From Flavobacteriales bacterium (GTDB lineage: Bacteria; Bacteroidota; Bacteroidia; Flavobacteriales; Flavobacteriaceae), in NCBI GenBank assembly GCA_020635875.1, contig JACJYY010000004.1, forward strand, positions 232,904-296,903: a DNA stretch of 64,000 nucleotides, read 5' to 3'. The notes beneath the pieces were generated by a model. That model was not told the DNA's origin. It was given only the letters and a program-made list of their open reading frames with translations, and made no database searches. The position numbers and the translations under genes were made by a program. Position 1 is the first letter of the stretch, and each line of letters starts with the position of its first letter. Positions 30,846-42,040 of the stretch are shown one piece after another.

Positions 30846-31478
30846 TCAGTCTTTTACACATCTACAAGAAAAACCTATTCCTCTGTCGCTATAATCTCGT
30901 ACAATTTGAGTGGAGTTGTATTCAAACCCTCTATCTCTTGCATCCCATTCATTAATTGGAGTGGATGACCATAAATAGGCTGAACGTCCAGCACTGTTAA
31001 AAAATCCATCTTTGTTTCTGGTACCTCCTGGAAGTATGGCTATTTTGCTAGAATTTGTACCTGGTTCTCCACCTAATTTCCATCCCATATCACTCTTTAA
31101 TTGTTCCCCTGCATATAGACTTCCTCCTAAAATCTCGGTCAGTTTTGTCCATTCCTCATCTGTTGGTATGTGTCATCCTTCGGGACATAGTCCTCTTGAG
31201 TCATTGACAGCATGCCAATTATAGAGTCTTCCTAAAACTTTCCCATTTGTTGGATCATTATCATAATAGCACCAAGCTGCCCATCCTTTTTCTCCGTATT
31301 CTTCCCACTCTTTATCGGATTCTATTTCAGGAATTTTGTCTCCGTTAGCAAAAGTATTTACATCGAGATTGTTTTGCATCCAAACCATGTCTCCTACATC
31401 CACGGTTTTTATTTCCTTTTTACATGATAATATAGTAAATAGTGTTAGAGTAGCTACAATCAAAACCGATTTATTCAT
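30846..31478 (-). pseudogene. FISUMP (Fibrobacter succinogenes major paralogous) domain lipoprotein with one in-frame TGA
   Basis: WMQNNL, GRLYNW, LCPEG*HIPTDEEW, GFSCRCVKD all in one frame; TGA at 31173-31175. Confidence 0.85.
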
Positions 31479-31503
31479 GACAGGAACATTTTGGTTACAT
31501 CAA

Positions 31504-32598
31504 TTATACATTGAATCTAAAATGCATTATGTCGCCATCTTTCACAATATATTCTTTTCCTTCGACCCTAGCTTTACCAGCTTCTTTTGCTTTAGATTCT
31601 GATCCAAATTTAATATAATCTTCGTAAGAAATAACCTCTGCTCTAATAAAACCTTTCTCAAAATCGGTATGTATCACACCAGCAGCTTGAGGAGCAGTTG
31701 CGCCTACCGGAATAGTCCATGCTCTAACTTCCTTTTTTCCTGCCGTGAAATAGGTCTCTAAGTTTAGTAATTTATAGGCTCCTCTTATTAATTTGGCAGA
31801 TCCAGGTTCGGTTAAACCTAAGTCTTCCAAAAACATTTGACGTTCTTCGAAAGTGTCTAGTTCTGTGATATCAGCCTCCGTGCCTACAGCCAAAAAGATA
31901 ACTTCGGCATTTTCATGAGCTACTGCTTGTTTAACTCTTTCTACATATTCATTTCCGTTAACAGCCGCGTCTTCATCAACATTACACACATACATAACAG
32001 GCTTGTCTGTGATAAATTGCAACGGTTTTACAAATTCTGCTCTGTCTTCATCGGATAGTTCTACTGCTCTAACAGAAACACCTGCTTCTAGCGCTTCTTT
32101 CAGTTTAGTAAGAACCTCTTCTTCTTTTTGAGCCTCCTTGTTACCTGTTTTTGCTGCTCTTTTTACCTTTTCTAATTTTTTTATTACAGTTTCCAAATCT
32201 TTTAACTGCAATTCCATATCAATAGTTTCCTTGTCTCTGATTGGATTAACTGAACCATCAACATGTACAATATTGTCATTATTGAAGCATCTAAGCACGT
32301 GTAAAATAGCATCTGTCTCTCTAATATTACCTAAGAACTGATTGCCTAAACCTTCTCCTTTACTTGCTCCTTTTACCAATCCAGCAATATCAACTATTTC
32401 TACTGTAGCTGGGACTACTCTTTCGGGATTTACCAATGATTCTAGTTTTTCTAATCGAGTATCTGGTACATTTACCACACCTATATTAGGTTCTATCGTA
32501 CAAAAAGGAAAATTTGCACTTTGTGCTTTGGCATTAGACAAACAATTAAACAATGTTGATTTACCAACATTTGGTAATCCTACAATTCCAGCTTTCAT
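31504..32598 (-). CDS. ychF: Redox-regulated ATPase YchF
   Basis: [22 protein letters not shown] domain. Confidence 0.98.
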   Translation of the reverse strand: MKAGIVGLPNVGKSTLFNCLSNAKAQSANFPFCTIEPNIGVVNVPDTRLEKLESLVNPERVVPATVEIVDIAGLVKGASKGEGLGNQFLGNIRETDAILHVLRCFNNDNIVHVDGSVNPIRDKETIDMELQLKDLETVIKKLEKVKRAAKTGNKEAQKEEEVLTKLKEALEAGVSVRAVELSDEDRAEFVKPLQFITDKPVMYVCNVDEDAAVNGNEYVERVKQAVAHENAEVIFLAVGTEADITELDTFEERQMFLEDLGLTEPGSAKLIRGAYKLLNLETYFTAGKKEVRAWTIPVGATAPQAAGVIHTDFEKGFIRAEVISYEDYIKFGSESKAKEAGKARVEGKEYIVKDGDIMHFRFNV

Positions 32599-32626
32599 AT
32601 TTTATAATGTAATTTGTGAGTAATAC

Positions 32627-32657
32627 AAAAAAAGCCCCTCCTTTTGGAGAGGCTTTC
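32627..32657 (-). terminator. Intrinsic terminator
   Basis: AAAGCC(C)CTCC/GGAGAGGCTTT stem with an A-run. Confidence 0.6.
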
Positions 32658-32672
32658 ATTAGAGTTGAATTA

Positions 32673-33023
32673 TTATTCTTTATGCAAAAAGGCTTGACGT
32701 GATAATAAGGTATCTTCGTCCTCAACATGATTTTCGTCAGGCACACAACAATCTACTGGACAAACAGCAGCACATTGTGGCTCATCATGAAATCCTTTAC
32801 ATTCAGTACATTTACTTGGTACTATATAATATAAATCGTCAGAGATTGGCTCTTGCTCTTCGTCTGCATTTGCCGCTACGCCTGAAGGCAAAACTACATT
32901 TCCTTTCAGACTGGTTCCGTCGCTATATCTCCATTCTGCTGCGCCTTCGTAAATAGCTGTATTAGGACATTCTGGTTCACAAGCCCCACAGTTGATACAC
33001 TCGTCAGTAATAATAATTGCCAT
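32673..33023 (-). CDS. 4Fe-4S dicluster ferredoxin
   Basis: [12 protein letters not shown] and CTEC...CAAVCP. Confidence 0.95.
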   Translation of the reverse strand: MAIIITDECINCGACEPECPNTAIYEGAAEWRYSDGTSLKGNVVLPSGVAANADEEQEPISDDLYYIVPSKCTECKGFHDEPQCAAVCPVDCCVPDENHVEDEDTLLSRQAFLHKE

Positions 33024-33098
33024 ACCTTTGGATATAAATTTGATTAAACTTTATAAGTTTGCAAAAGTACAATCAAAAGTATTTATATACAAATCATT

Positions 33099-34160
33099 AT
33101 GACAATAGAGGATAAAAAAAATGTGTTTTATGATTTAGGTATTTTTTTACAACAGTTTAAAAGTGCTGGATGTAGTAAAAATAAAGATGTAAAACATAAT
33201 GATGAGTATTTCGATTTGTTTATTGATTTGATTCAATTATCTCAATCTCATAACGGTTGGTATACGCCCGAAAATGTATATTATGCCATAGAGTCATGGA
33301 CTCAATTACTTACTAAAGAGACAATTAATGAATGGTTGAGTGCGTATCAACCTGTGTCTAATCCCAAAAACATAGGACTCATACTGGCAGGAAACATTCC
33401 TCTTGTGGGATTCCATGATTTTATATCTGTTATTTTATCCGGTCACAAAGCCATTATTAAAACCTCTTCAAACGATCAAAAATTATTGCCGTTTTTGGTT
33501 CGTTATATGACTTCAGTAGATCCTAGATTTACTAATTGGGTTACTTTTACAGACAAAAAATTAGAAAATTATGACGCAGCTATTGCAACTGGCAGCAATA
33601 ATACAGCTCGTTATTTTGAGTATTATTTTAAAAATGTTCCTTCTATTATTAGAAAAAACAGAAACTCCGTAGCGGTACTGACTGGGGATGAATCTCAAGA
33701 AGAACTAAAACTATTAGGAGAAGATATTTTTAGATACTTTGGATTGGGTTGTAGAAATGTATCTAAGTTAATGGTTCCTGCAGGGTATGATTTTGATATC
33801 CTGTTTAAGGCCATTTTTGATTTTAAAGATGTTATCCATTACGAAAAATACAGTAACAATTACGATTACAATAAAGCTGTTTATTTAATGAGTAATTATA
33901 AACTTTTGGATAATGGCTTCTTAATTCTACGAGAAGACAATGATAATTACTCCTCACCTATTGCGAGTTTGTCTTATGAATACTACAATTCATTGGAAGA
34001 TGTAGCTGTTAAATTGACACGTGATGCCGAACAATTACAATGCATTGTTGGGCTAGAAAACAGCACGAATAGCGTTTCTTTTGGACAAACTCAAAAGCCC
34101 AACTTAACGGATTACGCCGATGGAATAGACACTATGAAATTTTTAACTGAACTTGGTTGA
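33099..34160 (+). CDS. Acyl-CoA reductase (LuxC-like family)
   Basis: AGNIPLVGFHD, TGSNNT, YFGLGCRNV. Confidence 0.85.
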   Translation: MTIEDKKNVFYDLGIFLQQFKSAGCSKNKDVKHNDEYFDLFIDLIQLSQSHNGWYTPENVYYAIESWTQLLTKETINEWLSAYQPVSNPKNIGLILAGNIPLVGFHDFISVILSGHKAIIKTSSNDQKLLPFLVRYMTSVDPRFTNWVTFTDKKLENYDAAIATGSNNTARYFEYYFKNVPSIIRKNRNSVAVLTGDESQEELKLLGEDIFRYFGLGCRNVSKLMVPAGYDFDILFKAIFDFKDVIHYEKYSNNYDYNKAVYLMSNYKLLDNGFLILREDNDNYSSPIASLSYEYYNSLEDVAVKLTRDAEQLQCIVGLENSTNSVSFGQTQKPNLTDYADGIDTMKFLTELG

Positions 34161-34237
34161 AAAAAAAATAATTTATCGGTGTTTATTTGAATTTATTTTA
34201 TGAAATTTGTGCCTTATTTTTTTAAAAATATTTATTT

Positions 34238-35311
34238 ATGAAAAAGCACAATTATAGCGCAGGTCCTTGTGTATTGCCACAAGAGGTATTTCAAGAAGCT
34301 TCAAAAGCAGTTATTGACTTCAACGGGATAGGAATGTCTATCCTTGAAATTTCGCACAGAAGCAAGGAATTTATCGCTGTAATGGATGAGGCATGTGATC
34401 TTGCCCTTGAGCTTTTAAATCTAAAAGATAAAGGATATAAAGCTATGTTTCTTCAAGGGGGAGCTAGTTTACAATTTTTAATGGTTCCTTATAACTTATT
34501 GAAAGAAGGCGGAAAAGCAGCTTATGTTAATACAGGAGCTTGGTCAGGAAAAGCTATGAAAGAGGCTAAACTTTTGGGTGAAGTTCAGGAAATCGCATCA
34601 TCAAAACAGGCTAATTTTAATTATATCCCAAAAGGTTATGTTGTTCCTTCAGATGTGGATTATGTGCATTTGACAAGTAATAACACAATTTTTGGTACTC
34701 AAATAAAAGAGTTTCCTAAAACTAGCGTACCAATGGTATGCGATATGAGTTCAGATATCTTTTCTAGAGTTATCGATTTTACTCAATTTGACCTTATATA
34801 TGCTGGTGCGCAAAAAAATTTAGGACCAGCTGGAGCCACTCTAGTAGTTATTAAAGAAGATTTAATTGGACAATCAGGAAGAACAATCCCTGCTTTTTTA
34901 GATTATAAAACTCATTTAGAGGCAGAAAGTATGTATAATACACCTCCTGTATATGCTGTTTACGTTTCATTATTGAATCTAAGACACATGAAAAAATTGG
35001 GTGGTGTTGCGGCTATGCAAAAACGTAATGAAGAGAAAGCAGCATTACTATATAATGAAATCGACAGAAACCCTTTATTTGAAGGTACAGCAGCTGTAGA
35101 GGATCGCTCTCCAATGAATGCTACATTTTTATTAAAAGATGAGTCTCTTAAAGAAACATTTGACAAAATGGTAAAAGAGGCAAATATAAGTGGTATCAAC
35201 GGTCACCGTTCAGTAGGTGGTTATAGAGCATCTATGTATAATGCATTATCTATAGAGAGTGTGCAAGCTTTAGTAGATTGTATGGTTGCTTTAGAAAAAA
35301 AAATCAAATAA
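34238..35311 (+). CDS. serC: Phosphoserine aminotransferase
   Basis: NYSAGP, AGAQKNLGPAG, GHRSVGGYRAS. Confidence 0.97.
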   Translation: MKKHNYSAGPCVLPQEVFQEASKAVIDFNGIGMSILEISHRSKEFIAVMDEACDLALELLNLKDKGYKAMFLQGGASLQFLMVPYNLLKEGGKAAYVNTGAWSGKAMKEAKLLGEVQEIASSKQANFNYIPKGYVVPSDVDYVHLTSNNTIFGTQIKEFPKTSVPMVCDMSSDIFSRVIDFTQFDLIYAGAQKNLGPAGATLVVIKEDLIGQSGRTIPAFLDYKTHLEAESMYNTPPVYAVYVSLLNLRHMKKLGGVAAMQKRNEEKAALLYNEIDRNPLFEGTAAVEDRSPMNATFLLKDESLKETFDKMVKEANISGINGHRSVGGYRASMYNALSIESVQALVDCMVALEKKIK

Positions 35312-35323
35312 AACACAATATAA

Positions 35324-36274
35324 ATGAAAGTATTAGCTAACGACGGAATTTCACAAAGTGGTATCGATGATTTAACAGCGGCCGGTTTTGAAGTAATCAC
35401 TACTAATGTTGCTCAAGAGCAATTAGTAAACTACATCAACGAAAATGGCATTTCTGTTATATTAGTAAGATCGGCTACTAAAGTTAGAAAAGATATTATA
35501 GACGGATGTCCATCTATTAAAATTATTGGACGTGGTGGCGTTGGTATGGACAATATAGACGTAGAATACGCCAAAGAAAAAGGAATTAGTGTAATCAACA
35601 CGCCTGCTGCTTCTTCAGAATCTGTAGCTGAATTAGTATTTGCACATTTGTTTACAGGTGTTCGTTTCTTGTATGACGCTAACAGAAACATGCCATTAGA
35701 AGGAGAAGTTAAATTCAACGCATTAAAAAAGGCGTATGCTGATGGTGTAGAGTTAAGAGGTAAGACTTTAGGAATTATTGGAATTGGACGTATTGGTCAG
35801 GCTGTAGCCAAAATGGCTTTAGGATTAGGAATGCGTGTTATTGCCACTGATAAGTTCATTAAAGAAGTATCTGTTAAATTAGATTTTTACGGAGGTAAAT
35901 CACTAGACTTTGACTTGGAATTAGTTCCTTTTGACCAAGTGATTACTGAATCTGATTTTATTACCTTACATGTACCGGCTCAGGATGGATACGTAATTGG
36001 TAAAAAAGAATTAGACGCCATGAAGAATACTGCGGGATTAGTAAACGCAGCTCGTGGAGGTGTAGTTGATGAAGTCGCTTTGATTGATGCGTTAAATAAT
36101 GGAGACATTGCTTTTGCTGGTTTAGACGTTTTTGAAAATGAGCCTACTCCTGCAACTCAAGTATTAATGAATCCTAAAGTATCTTTGACTCCACATATTG
36201 GAGCAGCTACTAACGAAGCACAAGACCGTATTGGATCTGAATTAGCAGCTCAAATCATTAGTATTTTAAAATAG
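35324..36274 (+). CDS. serA: D-3-phosphoglycerate dehydrogenase / D-2-hydroxyacid dehydrogenase
   Basis: GVGMDNID, GIGRIG, TPHIGA; follows serC. Confidence 0.88.
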   Translation: MKVLANDGISQSGIDDLTAAGFEVITTNVAQEQLVNYINENGISVILVRSATKVRKDIIDGCPSIKIIGRGGVGMDNIDVEYAKEKGISVINTPAASSESVAELVFAHLFTGVRFLYDANRNMPLEGEVKFNALKKAYADGVELRGKTLGIIGIGRIGQAVAKMALGLGMRVIATDKFIKEVSVKLDFYGGKSLDFDLELVPFDQVITESDFITLHVPAQDGYVIGKKELDAMKNTAGLVNAARGGVVDEVALIDALNNGDIAFAGLDVFENEPTPATQVLMNPKVSLTPHIGAATNEAQDRIGSELAAQIISILK

Positions 36275-36288
36275 GTATATATTACCAT

Positions 36289-36328
36289 AAACAATAAAGG
36301 CTTCCCAATCGGGAAGCCTTTATTGTTT
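36289..36328. terminator. Bidirectional intrinsic terminator
   Basis: AACAATAAAGGCTTCCC-aatc-GGGAAGCCTTTATTGTT between convergent genes. Confidence 0.9.
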
Positions 36329-36340
36329 GCATTGTTTTTA

Positions 36341-37432
36341 TTAATTATTCCAATAAAACGAATTAGGCGAAACGCCCACTTTTAATTCTCCTGTATAGCC
36401 TCCATTTGTACTATAGAAGTACACTGAACCTTCACTGGAAAAATCTTTAGCATCGCCAATATAAATTCTATCTCCTAATACATTAAATCCATAAATAGAT
36501 TGCACACCTTTTAAAGAGGTATCTAACAACTCTTTTGTAGGTAATCCTGTTGCCGCAGGGTCTAAAGCATAGACTTTAGTTCCAACTGTGTAGTACAATT
36601 TGATATTATCCGATTGTAAGTGATTGGGATGTTTTTTTTCAGAAAAATCTAGGGTTGACGAAATAGCGTCAGTGGCTAAATTGATAGTAACCAATTGACC
36701 AGCAGTCTCTGCCATTGGATCTGGCCACGAGCCTTTACCTTCACATAACACAAATAAGGTGTTCCCTATTATTTCTAAACCTTTAGGAATATCTCCAACA
36801 ATTAAATTTCGACTAGATTTAGTATCTAAATCAACAATTGTAATACTATTTCCTTGCCCCCATCCTCCCTGTTGAGCAATGTATAATTTGTTACCATTGG
36901 CAACAATGCGTTCTGGGCCTTCTTTCACAGAAATAGTATTACTCGAATTGATCTTGTTTGAACTTAAATCCAACACAGCGATATAATCATCTGTTATATC
37001 CAAACCGTCTCCCCAGTTAGTAATATATCCTTTACCGTTGACTATAGTCATATATCTAGGGTTTTTTAGTCCCCCAGTAACTGTTGCGATAGATTCAAAG
37101 GTATATCGATTAACCACTTCTATTTTATTGGAGCCGTTTACAATAATATAGGCTTTATCCCCAGAAAAAGCAATACTTTGTCCTGTATCTCCTAATGTTT
37201 TATCAGTATTGATTCCTGAAAAAATTCCTTTTTCTACAGTAGATAAATCACTTGAAATGAAGGATACCGTTGAATTTGATTTTCCAAAAGCTCCTTCGTT
37301 TAAAACAAATATTCCCCCATCATATTTTCCTGTAACTCTATTTTGTGTAGGAATAAACTCGTCGTCTTTAGAGCATGACGTAAATAACAAGGCTCCTGAT
37401 AGTAAGCCTAACGCTAACTTGTGTAATTTCAT
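36341..37432 (-). CDS. btuG: BtuG-like beta-propeller surface lipoprotein (B12 binding; YncE/DUF5074-like)
   Basis: Lipobox FTSC; VLNEG, LGDTGQS, PRYM motifs; downstream of a B12-regulated TonB-dependent receptor. Confidence 0.8.
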   Translation of the reverse strand: MKLHKLALGLLSGALLFTSCSKDDEFIPTQNRVTGKYDGGIFVLNEGAFGKSNSTVSFISSDLSTVEKGIFSGINTDKTLGDTGQSIAFSGDKAYIIVNGSNKIEVVNRYTFESIATVTGGLKNPRYMTIVNGKGYITNWGDGLDITDDYIAVLDLSSNKINSSNTISVKEGPERIVANGNKLYIAQQGGWGQGNSITIVDLDTKSSRNLIVGDIPKGLEIIGNTLFVLCEGKGSWPDPMAETAGQLVTINLATDAISSTLDFSEKKHPNHLQSDNIKLYYTVGTKVYALDPAATGLPTKELLDTSLKGVQSIYGFNVLGDRIYIGDAKDFSSEGSVYFYSTNGGYTGELKVGVSPNSFYWNN

Positions 37433-37442
37433 AATTGTTTGC

Positions 37443-39263
37443 TTAAAATTTAATAGTAAAGTTTGTGATATAATTTCTTCCTGGTGTTGGTCGGTTTTCT
37501 ACGTTCATATAAACTTGATCTGTTAGATTGTTTATTTTAAAAGCCAATGAATAATTTATTTTCTCTCCCCATCTATAAAAGACTCTAATTGTATGTAGGG
37601 TATAATCTTCTAAAAAATCACTTTCATCGGATCTCGTGTATACTTTACCTGTATAACGCGTAATATAATTAAAGCCTAGATGGTTGAATCTATAGGTCAA
37701 TGATCCCGTTGCTATTTCAAAAGGAACATACGACAATTGATGTCCTGTATTTTTAACTTGTGAAACCGTATAACTATACGCTGCATTCAGCTGAAATTGA
37801 TGTCTGGCTATTGAATAAGTATATCCATATTTAAGTTCAAAACCTTTAGTAAAAATAGCATCGATATTCTGAGGTTCCCAATAGCCTAAATTAACATTAG
37901 GCATCCATCGAATCATCGATTCTATATCGTTGTAAAAAACGGTTCCTGATAGTTTATGATGTTGAATTGAAAAAATATGACTCACTTCAAATTGATGAGA
38001 CAATTCGGGCACTAACGTGGTATTGCCTCCTGGTGTCCAATACAAATCATTTAAGGTGGGTGTTCTATAATTTTTTGAAGCATTAATTTTCAATTGAAAC
38101 CAGTTTGAAGGAGTTATTTCTAATCCAGCGGAATACAATAAAGGATTTTTGTAAGTACTGGCTTTCTCGCTGCGTATTCCTACTTCATATAACAACCAAC
38201 TCTTTGGTTTATGAATCCAAAGTAAGGCTCCTGAAATCGTATTTCGACTTTTATGGGTAATGCTCGTTCCATTTGCATCAGTTCTGTTATAATCAAAAAC
38301 ACCTGTTAATTTTTTATAATTATCAAAAGTATAAACGGCATCATATCGAAACTTTTTTGTTGAGGCTATATTGCCTGTGTATTTGTTTTGAGTCCCATCA
38401 GTATAATATCTAAATCGTTCATTTTGATACACCAAATTAAATTTAGAGTTTAGTTTATTTAGTGAATTTGTCCACTGTAATAAATTGTGATAATTTAAAT
38501 TTTCATATCGATCAGTAGCAGTATTTCCTATGGCAGCCGATAGATTTCGATCATTCCATGAAGACAAATTATAAAATCCTATTGTGTTTTTTTCGTTTAG
38601 TCGAAAGGCGTAATTAACCGACCAACTCATATTCTGATAGGAACCATTTTGATTTACAATGTCCTGAAATTTAAAATCATTATCTGAACTATTTCTGTTC
38701 ATGTTGATTTCTAATGCATGTTTCACTCTTGACATTTTAAACCTAGTGTTTAATTCTAGGGTACTAAAGCTTCCGTAATTTAGCCCAAGGTATTGTTTAA
38801 TATTTTTGTCGTTGAACTTCAAATTATTATTAAGATGTACTGATCCTCCAACAGCGTCAGAGCCATAAGCTACACTTCCTCCTCCTGACCGCACTTGAAT
38901 TTCATCAAAATTATTGAGTGCAATGAGATTAAAATCCGTCTGTCCTAAAAGCTTTGAGTTGATTGGAATTCCATTCCAAATAACGGCTGTTTGTGAAGCT
39001 GTAGTTCCTCTAAAAGATGGAGAGGCTACCATTCCTCTTCCGTTTTCTTTAAAGAAAATTGAGGTGTTTTCTTGAAGCATTTCCATTGGGGTTACCGCTC
39101 TATCCTCAATAATACTATCATTAATAACCTCAAGGGATTGGGTATTAGAATAAACATCTAAGCGTTGGTCTGTAACCACAACTTCGTCAAGGTCTATACT
39201 TTTTTGAGACCATAACTTACCTGCTGAAGCAATTAAAACTAAAACTAAAAGTTGCTTATTCAA
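37443..39263 (-). CDS. btuB: TonB-dependent cobalamin receptor
   Basis: Plug motifs FRGT...WNGIPIN; RTPTLNDLYW; PGRNY C-terminus; downstream of a cobalamin riboswitch. Confidence 0.85.
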   Translation of the reverse strand: MNKQLLVLVLIASAGKLWSQKSIDLDEVVVTDQRLDVYSNTQSLEVINDSIIEDRAVTPMEMLQENTSIFFKENGRGMVASPSFRGTTASQTAVIWNGIPINSKLLGQTDFNLIALNNFDEIQVRSGGGSVAYGSDAVGGSVHLNNNLKFNDKNIKQYLGLNYGSFSTLELNTRFKMSRVKHALEINMNRNSSDNDFKFQDIVNQNGSYQNMSWSVNYAFRLNEKNTIGFYNLSSWNDRNLSAAIGNTATDRYENLNYHNLLQWTNSLNKLNSKFNLVYQNERFRYYTDGTQNKYTGNIASTKKFRYDAVYTFDNYKKLTGVFDYNRTDANGTSITHKSRNTISGALLWIHKPKSWLLYEVGIRSEKASTYKNPLLYSAGLEITPSNWFQLKINASKNYRTPTLNDLYWTPGGNTTLVPELSHQFEVSHIFSIQHHKLSGTVFYNDIESMIRWMPNVNLGYWEPQNIDAIFTKGFELKYGYTYSIARHQFQLNAAYSYTVSQVKNTGHQLSYVPFEIATGSLTYRFNHLGFNYITRYTGKVYTRSDESDFLEDYTLHTIRVFYRWGEKINYSLAFKINNLTDQVYMNVENRPTPGRNYITNFTIKF

Positions 39264-39312
39264 TTGTATACTAATTTAAAATCTCTATTCCCGAAGATTT
39301 ATTCTATTATTA

Positions 39313-39484
39313 TGAATAAGGCAGGTCTCCTGACTTGCGTCTTGTTGTTTACCTTCCCATCCAAGGACAGTGGTTTGTAGTTAACAACAAGCTTTATAGC
39401 TTACAGTTGCGGGTACAGTACAGAATTTTCATCTGTTTCCCTATTAATGTATTCTCTCATGATGAGTAAAACACAACCTTAATC
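39313..39484 (-). ncRNA. Cobalamin riboswitch
   Basis: Minus strand AGGGAA, CCCGCAACTGT, CCACTG...GGGAAGG and AAGTCAGGAGACCTGCC (B12 box); TATATTTG promoter just upstream. Confidence 0.93.
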
Positions 39485-39584
39485 GGTTGCAAATATAAAA
39501 TATTTACACGTATTACTTGTTTTGATTTCAAGGAAAAGTAGTATTTTTCGAAATACATAAAATACCTGTCCATTACCATAGGTT

Positions 39585-40214
39585 ATGATAAAGAATCTTA
39601 TTGTTTTACTTTTCTTAGCGATTCCCCTTTCAGTTGCATATACTCAAAACTTTGAAGGCAAAGTCACTTATAAAGTAGTGTATGAAACAAAGAATCCTGA
39701 GGTCACTGATCATCTATGGGAAACGCATTTAGGGACTCAACTAGATTTCTATTTTAAGAATGGTAATTATAAAGTCAATAGTAACGGAGCACTAGTAGAA
39801 TGGCAATTATACTTAAATAAAACTAACAAGATTTATAAGAAGATAAAAGATGAGACCTCTGTATTCGGGACAGATGCGTCTATGGTAGTTGATTCGTTAG
39901 TGTCATACGAAACCAAAGAAGAAGTTAAAGCTATTTTAGGTCATACCTGCAAACAGATTGTTTTGACTTGTAAAGAGGGAACCTATGAATACCACTACAG
40001 CAATAAATATAAATTAGATTTTAATCAATACAGTAAACATGAATTTGACAATTGGGCGAGCTACCTAAAACTGTCAGGTTCCGTTCCGCTTAAAATAGTA
40101 ATTGAGAACAAACAATACCGTATGGTAATGACTGCAATCAATATTGAACCGATACCATTGGATGATTCTTTATTTGTTATGCCACCCGAGCTTAAAATTA
40201 TCAAGGTTGAATGA
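39585..40214 (+). CDS. Secreted hypothetical protein (DUF4412/GLPGLI-like)
   Basis: Signal peptide; FEGKVTY, ILGHTCKQ, DDSLFVMP pattern. Confidence 0.6.
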   Translation: MIKNLIVLLFLAIPLSVAYTQNFEGKVTYKVVYETKNPEVTDHLWETHLGTQLDFYFKNGNYKVNSNGALVEWQLYLNKTNKIYKKIKDETSVFGTDASMVVDSLVSYETKEEVKAILGHTCKQIVLTCKEGTYEYHYSNKYKLDFNQYSKHEFDNWASYLKLSGSVPLKIVIENKQYRMVMTAINIEPIPLDDSLFVMPPELKIIKVE

Positions 40215-40215
40215 T

Positions 40216-41394
40216 TTAAAATGCTCGTTTTTGCCAAATAATTATTCCTGTTATTGGCAATGAAAAAGCAATGAAACAAACTATAAAATAGAGTATCGTA
40301 GTTAAGGTCCCAAAAATCTCTCCTGTATGTAAAGGTTTGGCAATTAACATGAATTGTTTGTATAAAGGTTGATTTTTAAATAAAATTAATTCTTTAACCT
40401 CTCCTTGAGAATTGACTCTAATTTCATCATATAACGATTGGGTGAACAGACTATTCCCAAATCGTTTAATACTGTAATACCCTGTCCCTTCAATCGGAAA
40501 TTGCACACGAGTTTTTCCTTTAAAATTATATAATAATTTAATTGAATTTAGTGTTTTTCCTAATTTCACTTTAGTTTTTTGATTTGACTTATTCATTAGA
40601 TTGGAATAAATACTTTCAAATGACGAAGAGAGTGTTTTACTCATTTCGCTTTGCCCTAATTGATCCTCTTCTAATACAATTGAGGGACCACCTAGCGAAA
40701 CTATGATCGTATTTTTAAACCAATGAAATGAAACATATAAACCCGTAATTGAAATAATTAAAAGAAGAATGAATGAGTAAAATCCTAAAACTTTATGTAA
40801 ATCATAATTTATTCTTCTAAAATTAGCTTTGGTTTTTATGACTAAACCTTGTTTTATATTTTTAACTCGTTTTGGAAACCACATGATAATTCCACTGAAT
40901 AACATAAAAACAAACAACAATACCGTTATCCCGATTATTGTTTTCCCTGGTTTTTCAACTAAAAGCCAGCGATGAATTTCTAGAATTATTTGAAAAGTCT
41001 TTGTAATCGACTTATTTCTAATCATTACAATCTCTCCCGAATTAGGATGAAAGTAAACATATTCTCCTATTGATTGTTTGCTTTGAGAGCTAATTTCAAT
41101 AGGATGATTGCTATCTGAAGGAACTATTAGAAATGTAGGGGCACCATATTTTGTGGTAAATTTTTCAAAGGAGAGTTCAACATTAATTTCACCCGAAGTA
41201 TTCTCTATATCAACATGATAAAGGCAGTTTTCTATTTCGTTTTTAAAAACATACAAACAACCGGTCAAACATATAATGACCAAAATCACCGAAGACGTTA
41301 AGCCTATCCATAAATGAAAAAGGGACAAAACGTATTTAAAATAGGTCTCGTCCTTTCTTCTTTTGCGAATCAATGATTTGGATAGTTTATGCAT
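40216..41394 (-). CDS. PepSY-associated TM helix protein (XusC-like, putative ferri-siderophore reductase)
   Basis: HLWIGL, HRWLL, YDLHKVLG, LHTGEIFG His motifs. Confidence 0.88.
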   Translation of the reverse strand: MHKLSKSLIRKRRKDETYFKYVLSLFHLWIGLTSSVILVIICLTGCLYVFKNEIENCLYHVDIENTSGEINVELSFEKFTTKYGAPTFLIVPSDSNHPIEISSQSKQSIGEYVYFHPNSGEIVMIRNKSITKTFQIILEIHRWLLVEKPGKTIIGITVLLFVFMLFSGIIMWFPKRVKNIKQGLVIKTKANFRRINYDLHKVLGFYSFILLLIISITGLYVSFHWFKNTIIVSLGGPSIVLEEDQLGQSEMSKTLSSSFESIYSNLMNKSNQKTKVKLGKTLNSIKLLYNFKGKTRVQFPIEGTGYYSIKRFGNSLFTQSLYDEIRVNSQGEVKELILFKNQPLYKQFMLIAKPLHTGEIFGTLTTILYFIVCFIAFSLPITGIIIWQKRAF

Positions 41395-41399
41395 TGCCG

Positions 41400-41987
41400 T
41401 TAGTGTTCACTTTGACCAATTTTATACTCTTTTTCAAGCGATTTATAGGTCTCGTATTGATCCTGAGTCATGATTCGTTTAAAAACTTTTTGCCTATTAA
41501 GATCAATTTCTCTGTAGTATTGCCGATACACATCTGGCTTTCCGTGATAATAGTCGTGATTATCAACTAAGGTTGTGTAAAAAGCCTTATTGGCCATGTT
41601 GTATTGAACCGTCTGTAAGCTATCTAATTGAAGTTGATTTAAGATTAATTGCATGTTATGCTTTTCTCTTCCTTCACGTTCAATTGCAATTTCCTTTTCA
41701 TAAATCTTGAATTGCGTATCACTCAAGATGTTTTTTATGGCTTGATCTTGTTCAGCAGAAATAGCTTTAGCCTTTTTGAGCTTTTCAATCTTCGTTCCCT
41801 CTCCTTCAAAAACTGTCTTAATCTTGGTTGTATGCTCCTCTTCTATCTTATCAAAAAGTTCTGTTTGGTTTTGATCTAAGTCTAACTTTGATTTTACCAA
41901 TTCATAATTGAAAGGACCTCCCTTTTTGGATTGACTACAACTTATAATGAGTAAACCCAGAATTGCAAGTAATATTCTTTTATACAT
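41400..41987 (-). CDS. Hypothetical helical lipoprotein with duplicated LTxxQ-like units
   Basis: Lipobox IISC; LDLDQNQ...ILSDTQF and LQLDSLQ...IMTQDQY. Confidence 0.7.
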   Translation of the reverse strand: MYKRILLAILGLLIISCSQSKKGGPFNYELVKSKLDLDQNQTELFDKIEEEHTTKIKTVFEGEGTKIEKLKKAKAISAEQDQAIKNILSDTQFKIYEKEIAIEREGREKHNMQLILNQLQLDSLQTVQYNMANKAFYTTLVDNHDYYHGKPDVYRQYYREIDLNRQKVFKRIMTQDQYETYKSLEKEYKIGQSEH

Positions 41988-42040
41988 TGTTTAAAAAAAA
42001 AACAAGGCTTTAAAAAAAATCAGAGCCTTGTTAAAGGTTA

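Noticed and set aside
31173-31175. Selenocysteine or genome-wide TGA recoding
   Set aside because: The TGA aligns with Trp rather than Cys, and TGA serves as a normal stop elsewhere (e.g. 3556, 34160, 60427).
30846-31478. DGR target (FISUMP domain)
   Set aside because: No reverse transcriptase or template repeat seen in the window.
33099-34160. Bioluminescence (lux) operon
   Set aside because: Stand-alone LuxC-like reductase in the usual ferredoxin-serC context; no luxAB.
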